From contig CAYNUT010000005.1 in the NCBI GenBank assembly GCA_964400595.1, positions 547 to 64,546 of the forward strand: DNA of 64,000 nt, written 5' to 3'. This DNA is from an uncultured Neobacillus sp. (GTDB taxonomy: Bacteria; Bacillota; Bacilli; Bacillales; Cytobacillaceae). The position numbers and the translations under genes were made by a program. Every line of letters starts with the position of its first letter. Position 1 is the first letter of the stretch. Positions 29,384-39,249 of this stretch are shown one piece after another. The notes beneath the pieces are model-generated. The model saw only the letters and a program-made list of their open reading frames with translations. It did not search any database and was not told where the DNA came from.

Positions 29384-29833
29384 TCAGCTGTTTTTAAATT
29401 CCTCAAGCATTGATGAGATGGCAGCAGCTGCTTCCTCGCTGGATATTTGGGCAGCTTTTTTAAAAAGCGTATTGACTAATGCACCCATCGGTCCGGCTGC
29501 ATTGACTTCGAGGAATCCTGTCACCCGTGTTTTATTTGGATTTATCGCTCTTGCTTCAAAAAATCCCTCACCGATATATCTTTCACTCTTGCGTTTTAAT
29601 TCAAAACTTACTTTGGTCGGCTCATTCCACTCTTTAATGTCAATCAATAGGGTCACCTTTTTTTTCATGACGACGAGGTCACTTTTAAATTCCCATGTGA
29701 TGAGGTTTTGATTTACTTTTTCATGATAAATATAGCCGGGAACAAGCGGCGCCCAGTTATTCTCATCCCTGATAAAGTTCCAAATCACCTCAATCGGGAT
29801 ATCTAATTCTAGCTGCTGTGTATCACTTGGCAT
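29384..29833 (-). CDS. SRPBCC/CoxG-family ligand-binding protein
   Basis: IPIEVIWNFIRDENNWAPLVPGY pattern. Confidence 0.8.
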   Translation of the reverse strand: MPSDTQQLELDIPIEVIWNFIRDENNWAPLVPGYIYHEKVNQNLITWEFKSDLVVMKKKVTLLIDIKEWNEPTKVSFELKRKSERYIGEGFFEARAINPNKTRVTGFLEVNAAGPMGALVNTLFKKAAQISSEEAAAAISSMLEEFKNS

Positions 29834-30135
29834 GATGAAATCCCTCTTTCAATTAAATATAAAAAACCTTCAGGAGAATGAAGGTCTTTTAATAATATAT
29901 ATGATTCGTATTATTCAAGAAGAACAAAAGGTATTGTGTCCCAACAGCATAGACAGAAAAACACACCATCAATCCATTCAGAATTTCATGCTTTGATTTA
30001 CAAACAACAAAAAATCCTTTTTCTCAAAATATGCAAATTAACCGTTGATTAAGACAATTTCTTATTTTAAGATATGAAGATAGATTTAAAAATTCTGACA
30101 ATACATACATCCATCTACATGGGGGGTATCAGGAG

Positions 30136-30771
30136 TTGAAAGTCTTTCAGTATTTCTTGTTTTTTCTGGGGTTAACTTTTTTTGGCCTTGGTAATGCCAT
30201 TGCGGTCAAAGTGAAATATGTCGGACTGCATCCATGGGAAGTGTTAAATGTAGCACTGTATGAGCATTTTGGCTTAACAATTGGGACTTGGGGCGTTATT
30301 TGCGGGCTGGCTTTAATCGTCATTTCTTTGTTTGTCGACCGAAGATATATCAGCATCGGAACAATTTTAAATGCATTATGCATCGGCCCCATAATGGATC
30401 TCTTCCTTTGGCTTGATATTCTTCCTAAAGCAACAAACACATGGGTTGATTATCTGATTCTTCTTTCAGGAGTTGTAATAACTGGAGTTGGCGGCGGAAT
30501 GTATGTTGCAGCCGGCATTGGGGCCGGTCCTCGTGATGGCTTTATGCTGTCCATTTCTGATAAAACCAAATTATCAGTAAGCAGCGCAAGGATTATTGTC
30601 GAGAGCCTTGTGCTCATCATCGGTTTCATACTGGGCGGTCCTGTCTTTATTGCCACCTTTGTTTACACTTTCATTCAAAGCCCCGTCTTCCAAAAATCCT
30701 TAAAGGTATTTAAGCTGTTGGTGGAAGTGGTCAGAAAGAAAAAGACAAAACCCCAAGAAGTCGTGTTTTGA
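30136..30771 (+). CDS. YczE/YitT-family membrane protein
   Basis: GLHPWEVL and GAGPRDGFM repeats, about six TM helices. Confidence 0.85.
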   Translation: MKVFQYFLFFLGLTFFGLGNAIAVKVKYVGLHPWEVLNVALYEHFGLTIGTWGVICGLALIVISLFVDRRYISIGTILNALCIGPIMDLFLWLDILPKATNTWVDYLILLSGVVITGVGGGMYVAAGIGAGPRDGFMLSISDKTKLSVSSARIIVESLVLIIGFILGGPVFIATFVYTFIQSPVFQKSLKVFKLLVEVVRKKKTKPQEVVF

Positions 30772-30818
30772 CAATAAGTCGCCCCCGCTATTGTAATTTG
30801 CGGGGACTTTTATTGCCA

Positions 30819-31388
30819 TTAGGAGACAACCTCAACACTTTTATTCGCATATTCTTGAATATCATTATGAAAATACGATGATAGCTTTCCTTCATAAATC
30901 AACTTTAAAGAGGCAGATTCCTTAATATCATTTGGTGTAACGAGGGATAACGGTTTATGATGTTTGATGCTGATGCCGGATTCTTCTAAAACAGCTGCAA
31001 CAAAATGGGAGCAAAAAAAAGCATTCTTGCGATTGATTTCCATGTTCAGCATTACGGCAACTAAACCTAAGAGATTATACCGATAATGGTCTTTTTGTTT
31101 TTCCATTTCTCTAATCTTTTCTATTAATTTTTGAAATTGACATTCTGTTATGGTAATACAGTAAATTGCGCAATTTGCATTTTTAAACAGGCCGCCGCGA
31201 AGATTTTCTTGCACAAATCCCGCCAGAAAAGGGTTCCTTTGTTTTTTTCTGCCAAAACTATATACTTTGTTAAATTGCTCGTCAATGGCAAGTGAAGCAT
31301 GATTAAGCGGTTTCTTTGTATAAAGCTTAATCATTTTTGTAAAAATAGTCCCTGTATCCGTTAGGAGCACATACACTTTCCTGCTCAT
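30819..31388 (-). CDS. Hypothetical protein, permuted NlpC/P60 (papain-like) candidate
   Basis: NHASLA...YSFG near the N-terminus and FFCSHFVA later (His before Cys). Confidence 0.6.
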   Translation of the reverse strand: MSRKVYVLLTDTGTIFTKMIKLYTKKPLNHASLAIDEQFNKVYSFGRKKQRNPFLAGFVQENLRGGLFKNANCAIYCITITECQFQKLIEKIREMEKQKDHYRYNLLGLVAVMLNMEINRKNAFFCSHFVAAVLEESGISIKHHKPLSLVTPNDIKESASLKLIYEGKLSSYFHNDIQEYANKSVEVVS

Positions 31389-31718
31389 TTTTTAAACCTC
31401 CCCACATGCCCTTTTCCTATTTAGAAGAAACCTTTCTCTTAATATCATCATAGCAATTACCCCATAAAAAAAAACGAACCCAGGTATTATTTTCCTCTAA
31501 GACCAGAGTCTTACAAATACCATTTTTCTATTACTCCAATTATAAATTATCCATTTTTAGATTAATTGACCTAATTTAGTCAATTTTGGTATTTTTTCAC
31601 ACACCCCTTCTAAAGAGGATTCTTCGTCAGCAAACCTAAATAATAAAATTAAGAGGCTCCCGCAGCTGCCAGCATGGAAAAACCGCTTGGGGAATGCCCA
31701 AGCGGTAAATATGGAGTA

Positions 31719-32489
31719 TTATGACCACACTTCTTCCAGTATTTTTCTGAATAATTCATTAAGCATTGGCGTGATATCTTCGTTTGAAACGGTCAATGTT
31801 TTTGTGTATTTCTCTAAACGAATGATTTCTTTTTCCAAAAAATCGTTGATCTCCGTGACCTTTGGTTCGAGGTTTAGCTCATCTCCCCTGATTTTTCGTT
31901 CCAGTAATGTATTGATTTCCTGTTTAAGCGTTCCTTCTTCAAGAAGGTCTTTGACCAGTTCTTGAAACTCAATGGGCGGGACTGAATTGTATTTTTCAAT
32001 CCATTTGCAGGCTAAAACCGGCCTAAGGACATAAAAATATTTTTTAATTCTCACCTGTTCTCCCAACATGTAATCCCGGAAATTCCTCTTGGCCATGTTC
32101 AGGTAATGAAATAGGGCAGATTGAGGTATGAACACCTTATTTTGTATCCCCTTCATCCTGTCGACTAAAGAATAAGCCTGATAATAAACGATTCCGGAAT
32201 GCAGCCATTCCATCAGCGGCGGATTGGATTTTCTAAAAAGCCTTAAAGCCTTCCGCAATTCCCAGCCATTGATATCCAAAAGATCATTAATCGGCAGCTC
32301 AATGACATCCCGTTTCTGGTCAATTGAAAGATACCATTCTTTTCTATGTACATAAATAAACCTGACGTCATAGTCACTATCATTTGAAGGAAATCCCCAA
32401 GCCCTGCTCCCGGACTCCACTGCATAACAAATTTTCACATCAAATTCATTTTCGATTTTTTCCAATTCATTCAGTACTTTCTCATTCAA
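31719..32489 (-). CDS. YcgL-like Pol-beta-superfamily nucleotidyltransferase
   Basis: ESGSRAWGFPSNDSDYDVRF, KSNPPLMEWL, KKYFYVLRP. Confidence 0.88.
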   Translation of the reverse strand: MNEKVLNELEKIENEFDVKICYAVESGSRAWGFPSNDSDYDVRFIYVHRKEWYLSIDQKRDVIELPINDLLDINGWELRKALRLFRKSNPPLMEWLHSGIVYYQAYSLVDRMKGIQNKVFIPQSALFHYLNMAKRNFRDYMLGEQVRIKKYFYVLRPVLACKWIEKYNSVPPIEFQELVKDLLEEGTLKQEINTLLERKIRGDELNLEPKVTEINDFLEKEIIRLEKYTKTLTVSNEDITPMLNELFRKILEEVWS

Positions 32490-32644
32490 GTTTAATAACC
32501 TCCAATTCCTCTGAAACTTCCTTTTTTACATCATACTGAAAAAGGCTGTTAGGCACCATCCTTAAAAGAAGGAATTATTGAAATCGATGTGGAAAAAGGT
32601 AGTTAATTATTAAAAAAATCAAACTTTTGCACGGAGGAAGTAAA

Positions 32645-33349
32645 ATGGAAAATTCTTCTATATTAATAATCGAGGATGAAGAAAAGATTGCACGGCTGCT
32701 TGAACTTGAACTTACATTTGAAGGTTATCAAGTATCAAAGATAACGGATGGGCTTGAAGCTTTTAACGCGTATCGGTCTGGCAAATGGGATTTGATTATC
32801 TTGGACGTCATGCTTCCCGGACTAAGTGGAATTGAATTGCTCCGTAGAATTCGCTTAACTGACAAACAAATTCCCATCCTATTAATTACCGCTAAGGACT
32901 CGATAGAGGATAAAGTGGCTGGTCTTGATTTTGGTGCTAATGACTATATTACAAAACCATTTCAAATCGAAGAAGTCCTCGCACGAATTCGTGCAGCTTT
33001 AAGAGCCAGGGAAGTAGGTCAAACGGATCAATTTCAAGAAGATGAGAGTATACTTTCATTTGCCGATTTAAAAATAAATCAGACAACGCGGGAAATTTTT
33101 AGAGGTGAACAGTCCATTGATTTAACCCCTAGAGAGTTTGAGTTGCTAGTTTATCTCATGGTCCATAAACGGCAGGTTCTAAACAGGGATCAAATTTTAG
33201 CAGCTGTTTGGGGATATGATTTCTTGGGAGATACGAATGTTGTTGATGTTTATGTCCGCTATATCAGAAAAAAGATTGACCTGCCCAACAAACCTGCACT
33301 AATCCATACCGTACGCGGTGTTGGATATGTTTTAAGGAAAGCCAAATGA
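32645..33349 (+). CDS. OmpR-family response regulator (YkoG-like)
   Basis: IEDE, LDVMLP, KPF, winged helix VVDVYVRYIRKK, TVRGVGY. Confidence 0.95.
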   Translation: MENSSILIIEDEEKIARLLELELTFEGYQVSKITDGLEAFNAYRSGKWDLIILDVMLPGLSGIELLRRIRLTDKQIPILLITAKDSIEDKVAGLDFGANDYITKPFQIEEVLARIRAALRAREVGQTDQFQEDESILSFADLKINQTTREIFRGEQSIDLTPREFELLVYLMVHKRQVLNRDQILAAVWGYDFLGDTNVVDVYVRYIRKKIDLPNKPALIHTVRGVGYVLRKAK

Positions 33350-34692
33350 AACTTCGTCATAAAATAAATTTATATACTCTCGTTCTTTTTGCGGTCCTTT
33401 TGGTCCTGATGAACGTAACTGTTTATTTTACCTTTAGCAAATTGATTCTTGATAGCGAGTTAACAACTGCCTCGAAGGAAATGGAAAGAACAACAAGTGA
33501 CATTGGAAAATCACTCGGAACCATACCTGAGTCAAATCTTTTACGATCTTACGTCCCGATAAATGGCATGATCCAATTAGTTACAGCCGATAACAGGAAA
33601 ATATTCTCAGTGACTAGTCAACCTGAACAAAATTTAATTAACAGGAATACCAAATATATGCCAGGAGAAATGAGCAAATTCATCACCTACCAAAATAAAT
33701 CATATTCTTTTGTCTCAATGCCCCTTATTTTACTAGATGGACGTGTTGCAAATCTTCAGGTGACAAAAAGTATTGAAGCCGCTGCTGAAAATTTAAAAAT
33801 TCTCCGGCTTGTACTAATCGTAGTGACTGTTCTTGCATTAATACCAGTAATTATTTCAAGCCTGTTTTTGAGCAAACTCATCTCAAATCCCGTTACCTCG
33901 ATGATTAAAACGATGACGGAAATAAGGGAAAGCGGCCGCTTTAAAAGATTACCGCTGGAGGCTGGTTCGAAGGATGAATTATTTCAGATGGGTGCAACCT
34001 TTAACCATATGATTGATTTGCTTGAAACAAACTATGATAAACAGCAGCAGTTCGCATCCAATGCATCACATGAATTCAAAACCCCCTTAACCATCATTGA
34101 GAGTTATGCCAGCTTGCTAAAAAGGAGAGGCTTGACGGAACCTGACTTATTTACCGAATCTGTAGAGGCCATTCATTCTGAGGCCATTAGAATGAAAGAA
34201 ATGACTGAGCAGCTGTTATTACTTGCAAAGCACCATGAGCAATGGAACATCCAAAATACTATTATTGATTTAGGGACTTTTTTATCCCAAACATCAAATG
34301 CATTCCAGAGTTCGTTTAACAGAGAAATTCATTTCCATCAAGAACACGGGAAACCTTTAAAGGTTGAAACTGATGAGAAAAAATTAAAACAGCTTTTATT
34401 TATTTTTCTTGATAATGCTAGGAAATATAGTGATGAAGCCATCTCAGTAGTTTATGGATTAGAGCACGGTACGGCTTTTATAAAAATAATCGACAGCGGC
34501 ACTGGTATCAGTCAAGAAGATCTGCCAAAGGTTTTTGATCGTTTTTACCGCGTTGATAAAGCGAGAAGTCGTAATAAGGGCGGCTCAGGCCTTGGTTTAT
34601 CATTAGCAATGGAAATTGCCGCTGCCATCTGCGTTAGGATTCAGCTTGAAAGTACAGAAGGAGTTGGAACCACGGCTGTTCTTTATTTATAG
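33346..34692 (+). CDS. HAMP sensor histidine kinase (YkoH-like)
   Basis: Two TM segments, ASHEFKTPL, DNARKY, DSGTGI, GGSGLGL. Confidence 0.95.
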   Translation: MKLRHKINLYTLVLFAVLLVLMNVTVYFTFSKLILDSELTTASKEMERTTSDIGKSLGTIPESNLLRSYVPINGMIQLVTADNRKIFSVTSQPEQNLINRNTKYMPGEMSKFITYQNKSYSFVSMPLILLDGRVANLQVTKSIEAAAENLKILRLVLIVVTVLALIPVIISSLFLSKLISNPVTSMIKTMTEIRESGRFKRLPLEAGSKDELFQMGATFNHMIDLLETNYDKQQQFASNASHEFKTPLTIIESYASLLKRRGLTEPDLFTESVEAIHSEAIRMKEMTEQLLLLAKHHEQWNIQNTIIDLGTFLSQTSNAFQSSFNREIHFHQEHGKPLKVETDEKKLKQLLFIFLDNARKYSDEAISVVYGLEHGTAFIKIIDSGTGISQEDLPKVFDRFYRVDKARSRNKGGSGLGLSLAMEIAAAICVRIQLESTEGVGTTAVLYL

Positions 34693-34875
34693 GCTATGTT
34701 AAACTTGCCTGTTGATTCGAGCGAAAGGACCGCTTTCCGCGGGCAGTCCGGGAGCCTCCTTTGCGCATGACGCGCCTGCAGGGTCTCCCTTGTCCTGCTT
34801 TTCCCGCAGGAGTCTTGTGCTTTCCGCTGAAATCAACAAAGTGAGAAAATCAACAATGAGCTTTAACAGAGCCTA
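34690..34875. mobile_element. MITE-like palindromic element, copy 1
   Basis: Terminal inverted repeats TAGGCTATGTTAAA...TTTAACAGAGCCTA, GC-rich structured core, second copy at 37725. Confidence 0.7.
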
Positions 34876-34949
34876 TATTTAAAAAATAATCAATTTCTCA
34901 GCATTTTCTAATCTTATTATTAGAAAATAAAACTACGCAATAGTAAGAG

Positions 34950-35570
34950 GTGAAAAAAATGAAGAAAAAAGCATGGTTTTGGATGTTCATCAGCTTTGTA
35001 ATAGTCATCACTATTTTTGCCGGCTGGGAGAAATTTAGGATTTTCAATGCCTCTTCAGAGATTCTTTCTAAAAAAGAGGCCCAAAATCTCATGCAGGACC
35101 GATATCAGGGCAAAGTTATACAAATTAAGTTAACCAATAAACAATATCATATTGAATTTGAAAAACAAGGTAATATATATAACGTTAGGCTTGATTCTGT
35201 TAGCGGGCAGGTTTTATCGTTTACAAGAATCGTTTCAAAGGCTCTTCAATTTGATAATCAGCCTACTAAATTTCCATCTGAGTCTCCCCCCTCTACCCCA
35301 CAATCGGATCCATCAAAAAAACTAACGGAGTTGGATGCTGAGCAAATTGCAAAAAATCAGGTTAATGGAACGATAAAGCATATTTCGGCTGAAACCAGTG
35401 AAGAAGGTACCTATTATTTGGTTGAATTAGAAACACAAGATGGCCAAGAAGCTGTTGTACAAATTCATGCCATCACGGGAAAGGTGATGGCAGTATCATG
35501 GGATGACCAAAAAAATAATAATCATCAAAAAGATGATGATTCAAAAGACCGCACTAAAGATGATAACTAA
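34950..35570 (+). CDS. PepSY-domain protein (YkoI-like)
   Basis: N-terminal TM; two PepSY units ending LDSVSGQVL and IHAITGKVM. Confidence 0.85.
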   Translation: MKKMKKKAWFWMFISFVIVITIFAGWEKFRIFNASSEILSKKEAQNLMQDRYQGKVIQIKLTNKQYHIEFEKQGNIYNVRLDSVSGQVLSFTRIVSKALQFDNQPTKFPSESPPSTPQSDPSKKLTELDAEQIAKNQVNGTIKHISAETSEEGTYYLVELETQDGQEAVVQIHAITGKVMAVSWDDQKNNNHQKDDDSKDRTKDDN

Positions 35571-35693
35571 TTTGCACATTTTTAGAAAGAATACTGATGG
35601 CCCTTCTCATGTATTTCTAATGTTTCACCCCTGCTTCCTCTAATCTTTTCTGGATAATCTGGAATTGTAAAAAACAAAAAAGGAGGAAGTACG

Positions 35694-36065
35694 ATGAAAA
35701 ATAAGGTAATTGCCGGGGCGTTGGCAGCATCATTGATTTTAGGAGGGGCCGCTGCTGCCGGGGCTTCAAAAAACTATTCTGGAGCAGATGACACGATCCT
35801 TCAGGAGGACAAAAGTACCAGCACAGACGAAACGAAGCCTGCAGCAAATGTGAATGGGCATGAAGTAGAGATTGAAACTGAACATAGCCAAACAACTATA
35901 AAAGTTGAGGCAGATGACAACAACAATGGAAAGCACCATGGCAGACACAGCGGTGATGATTTTGAATCTGACGATGGCTTACACCATAACAGATATAGCG
36001 GAGACGATGATGCAAAATCGGATGATGGTTCTCACCACAATAGCCACGGCAGCGATGATGATTAA
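35694..36065 (+). CDS. Secreted His/Asp-rich small protein
   Basis: AGGAGG RBS, signal peptide, C-terminal SGDD..SDDG.HHN repeats. Confidence 0.75.
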   Translation: MKNKVIAGALAASLILGGAAAAGASKNYSGADDTILQEDKSTSTDETKPAANVNGHEVEIETEHSQTTIKVEADDNNNGKHHGRHSGDDFESDDGLHHNRYSGDDDAKSDDGSHHNSHGSDDD

Positions 36066-36148
36066 TCCTTTAGAATAACTGGAAGAAGCCCTTCTCCACT
36101 TAATGGACAGGGCTTCTTTTTTAGTATTGGGTTCGTTAGTTAATAAAA

Positions 36149-36343
36149 TTAAGAAATTTTCTTCAGTTCTTCGGTTAACTTTAAAAATAATTCCTTGTTC
36201 CCATCTTGTAATGTTTGGTCGATTTCCTTGAGGATTTTCTCCCTCTTAAATTCAAGCAGGGCACTTTTTAGGAACATCTCAGCAACTAAAGAATCAGAAT
36301 ACTCATCAGCATGTTGTGGTGTGTTTAATAATTTCTTTTCCAT
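36149..36343 (-). CDS. IDEAL-domain small protein
   Basis: EIDQTLQDGNKELFLKLTEEL C-terminus; AAGGAG RBS. Confidence 0.8.
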   Translation of the reverse strand: MEKKLLNTPQHADEYSDSLVAEMFLKSALLEFKREKILKEIDQTLQDGNKELFLKLTEELKKIS

Positions 36344-36460
36344 GGAAATCAACTCCTTAAGCTTTTTATCATTATACAGTCAGTATTCTAAAAATTCAAA
36401 CACTTTATTTCAAAAACCTTAAAAAAGTTCAAAAAACCCAAGCAGATAAAAATAAAAAAG

Positions 36461-36520
36461 GGTGTCAGGCACCACAAAAAGACATTTTCAGCTTTTTGTC
36501 CATTCTACACGGACATTAAA
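36461..36520. repeat. REP-like repeat, long variant
   Basis: GGTGTCAGGCACCACAAAAAGACATTTT, shared with 49620. Confidence 0.7.
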
Positions 36521-36660
36521 TCTTTGTATACAGTTTTCACCAAATGTTACCAATTTCAAAACTGATATTTTGATCAATATGTTTTTGGCGTAAGGATTAA
36601 AAAATGGGGGAAATTAAATATAAAAACTTAGATAAAAGCAGCATCAGGAGGAAGGGAAAA

Positions 36661-37506
36661 ATGGAACAGAATTTATTATCCGGCCGTCAGCCGGTAAATA
36701 ACATTGATGTTTATTATGAATTTTATCCTAATCCAGCATCGGAAAAGACGTTTGTTTTATTGCATGGCTTTCTTTCTTCCACCTTCACCTACCGTCATTT
36801 AGTTTCCTTATTGAAGAGGGATTACCAAGTGCTGTCAGTAGACCTCCCGCCATTTGGCAAAAGTGCAAAATGCAGCAGGTATGTTTATTCCTATAAAAAC
36901 CTTGCCCGTACTGTAATCAAACTAACAGAATCCTTAGGGTTAAAGAAGATGACCTTTATTGGCCATTCAATGGGAGGACAAATTGTATTAAATATTCTTC
37001 ATATGATGCCGGAGGTGGCCGATAAGGCGATTCTCCTATGCAGCTCAGCCTATCTGAAACGGTCAAATTTACCGCTTATCATTAGCAGCTATATTCCCTA
37101 TTTCCATAAATTTGTGAAATATTGGTTTGCTAGAACCGGGGTGAAAAAAAACCTCCAGGACGCACTCTATAATCACTCAATAATTGATGATTATATGATT
37201 AATGGCTATCTTGAGCCGTTTTTACAGGATGAAATTTTTAAAGCGTTGACTCGGATGATCCGCGACCGTGAGGGCGATCTTCCACCGAAGATCCTAAAAC
37301 AAATAAAAACGCCCTGCTTATTGATATGGGGAGACCATGATAAATCCATGCCGCTCGAAGTGGGAGAGAAGCTCAACAAAGATTTAGTCAATTCCGAGCT
37401 CATTGTCTTAAAAGAAACAGGACATGCTCTCCCGGAAGAACGGCCGTTTGAGGTATACGAATATATAATGAACTTTTTAGGAAAATTTCATGCGGCTGTC
37501 GAATAA
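36661..37506 (+). CDS. Alpha/beta hydrolase (YugF-like)
   Basis: HGFLSS, DLPPFG, GHSMGG, WGDHD, TGH. Confidence 0.88.
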   Translation: MEQNLLSGRQPVNNIDVYYEFYPNPASEKTFVLLHGFLSSTFTYRHLVSLLKRDYQVLSVDLPPFGKSAKCSRYVYSYKNLARTVIKLTESLGLKKMTFIGHSMGGQIVLNILHMMPEVADKAILLCSSAYLKRSNLPLIISSYIPYFHKFVKYWFARTGVKKNLQDALYNHSIIDDYMINGYLEPFLQDEIFKALTRMIRDREGDLPPKILKQIKTPCLLIWGDHDKSMPLEVGEKLNKDLVNSELIVLKETGHALPEERPFEVYEYIMNFLGKFHAAVE

Positions 37507-37724
37507 AACTGCAATATTGGTCATACTTAACAACGATTTACAAACCAAAAATAACGCAGTGAGGGATGCCCACTGCGTTACCAATCAATTCGTTCTTTGA
37601 ACAGAAATCCTGCATTCCTTATTTTCTTCCCCATAGATGATGCTTGACTAGTAAATTCACACAAAAATCCCCACTACTAATAATCATTTTTCATTATAAT
37701 AATATCTATAGGAATTTTAATAGA

Positions 37725-37894
37725 AGGCTCTGTTAAACTTGCCTGTTGATTTGAGCGAAAGGACCTCTTTCAGAGGGGCGGGCCGGGAGCCTCCTCGGCG
37801 CATGACGCGCCTACAGGGTCTCCCCTGGGCCTGCTTTTCCTTCAGGAGTCTCGTTGTATCCGTTCCAATCAACAATGAGCTTTTACGAAGCCTA
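37725..37894. mobile_element. MITE-like palindromic element, copy 2
   Basis: AGGCTCTGTTAAACTTGCCTGTTGATT...GGAGCCTCCT...CAGGAGTCT...AATCAACAATGAGCTTT; homologous to 34690..34875. Confidence 0.7.
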
Positions 37895-37913
37895 AAAGAA
37901 AGTAGGAATTCAA

Positions 37914-39161
37914 ATGTCTCTCACGTTAGTTAAAGGGCAAAAAGCCGATGTGACGAAAAGTAATCCGGCCTTGATAAAAGTAAATGTGGAATTGGGGTGG
38001 AAAATCGCATCCGCCATCGACATTGACGCTTCAGCGTTTTTAATAGGGGGGAATGGAAAAGTTAGAAAGGATGAGGATTTTGTTTTTTATGGGCAGCCTT
38101 CTTCAGCATGTGAGTCGGTCACAAAAACGGCAGGTGCCAACAATAACAGCCAGCAGTTCCAGATTATTCTTTCAAAAATCCCTGCAGAAATTCAGAAAGT
38201 GGTCTTTTCACTAACCAGCTATTCACCGAACGAGTCCTTCCGTCAGGTTACCGATCTTTATCTTCGCATCCTTGACCCGCAAACGGGAACAGAAATTCTT
38301 CGGTTTCCGGTACCAAATACTTTTTCAAATGAAACAGCAATTGTTGTTGGGGATTTATACCGTCACTCGGGCAATTGGAAATTTAATTCAATTGGCGCTG
38401 GTTATTTCGGGGGACTCGCAGCCCTTTGCGGTTCCTTTGGTGTCGATTTAAAGGACGAGCAGCCATCTGCAGCACCAGGTTCATTGTACTCTGCACCTGC
38501 TCCTAGTGCTTCTAATTCAAGTCAGCAAAAGATGCAGCCACAGCCTCAGGTTCCACCACAGGAACCAGCCATTCCAATCGTCAATTTGGCGAAAATTGAA
38601 TTAAAGAAAATGCAGGCCGTTAATATTAAAAAATCCCAGCGGATTACTGCTACATTGGAATGGGAAACAAATAAAGACCTTGATCTCTATTGCTTTTATG
38701 TCATGAAAAACGGTAGAACAGGAAAGGTGTATTACCGTGATATGGGAAGCATCCAATATTTTCCTTTTATAAAACTTGATGGGGATGCCCAGCAATATGG
38801 CAGGGAAACGATTGAAATCTATAAAACAGACGATTTGGCCTATGTTTTATTTGCCGCATACAGCGCTGTCGGCAATGGTGTAGGAAGCTTTTTCTCGATG
38901 AGAGCAAAAGCTGTGGTAGATAATCATATGGGGAATGTTGTGATTGCCCCTCTTCTAGAACGCAATGACAACGCTTATTGGGTAGCGATTGCACAAATTG
39001 ATTTCACCAACCCTGGTGCTATGAAAGTCGCCCATGTAGAACGCTATTCAAAAGACCATTCAGAAGCCTCCCCGCTTTTATTTCCAGACGGCACCTTCAA
39101 AATGGACGCGGGGCCTATCGAATTTAAAAACGATGAAGATTACGAAAACTATTTTAATTAG
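37914..39161 (+). CDS. TerD-domain stress protein with a second Ter-like domain
   Basis: LVKGQK, DIDASAF, DFVFYGQ, LYRHSGNWKFNSIGAGY; P/Q linker; DLDLYC...KLDGD. Confidence 0.85.
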   Translation: MSLTLVKGQKADVTKSNPALIKVNVELGWKIASAIDIDASAFLIGGNGKVRKDEDFVFYGQPSSACESVTKTAGANNNSQQFQIILSKIPAEIQKVVFSLTSYSPNESFRQVTDLYLRILDPQTGTEILRFPVPNTFSNETAIVVGDLYRHSGNWKFNSIGAGYFGGLAALCGSFGVDLKDEQPSAAPGSLYSAPAPSASNSSQQKMQPQPQVPPQEPAIPIVNLAKIELKKMQAVNIKKSQRITATLEWETNKDLDLYCFYVMKNGRTGKVYYRDMGSIQYFPFIKLDGDAQQYGRETIEIYKTDDLAYVLFAAYSAVGNGVGSFFSMRAKAVVDNHMGNVVIAPLLERNDNAYWVAIAQIDFTNPGAMKVAHVERYSKDHSEASPLLFPDGTFKMDAGPIEFKNDEDYENYFN

Positions 39162-39188
39162 GATTGATAGGCTATTTTTTCAAAAAAA

Positions 39189-39229
39189 GTGTCAGGCACC
39201 ATGTGAAGAATTCACAGGTGCCTGACACC
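39189..39229. repeat. REP-like hairpin
   Basis: GTGTCAGGCACC-ATGTGAAGAATTCACA-GGTGCCTGACAC. Confidence 0.8.
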
Positions 39230-39249
39230 CTAAAAACACTTCTTATTTG

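Noticed and set aside
29861..29890. Hairpin upstream of the SRPBCC gene as a riboswitch or attenuator
   Set aside because: No recognisable aptamer or antiterminator
31719..32489. Nucleotidyltransferase as part of a toxin-antitoxin or defence system
   Set aside because: No partner gene adjacent; it looks like an ordinary YcgL-like singleton
37739..37933. 64-aa ORF
   Set aside because: Lies within the MITE-like repeat
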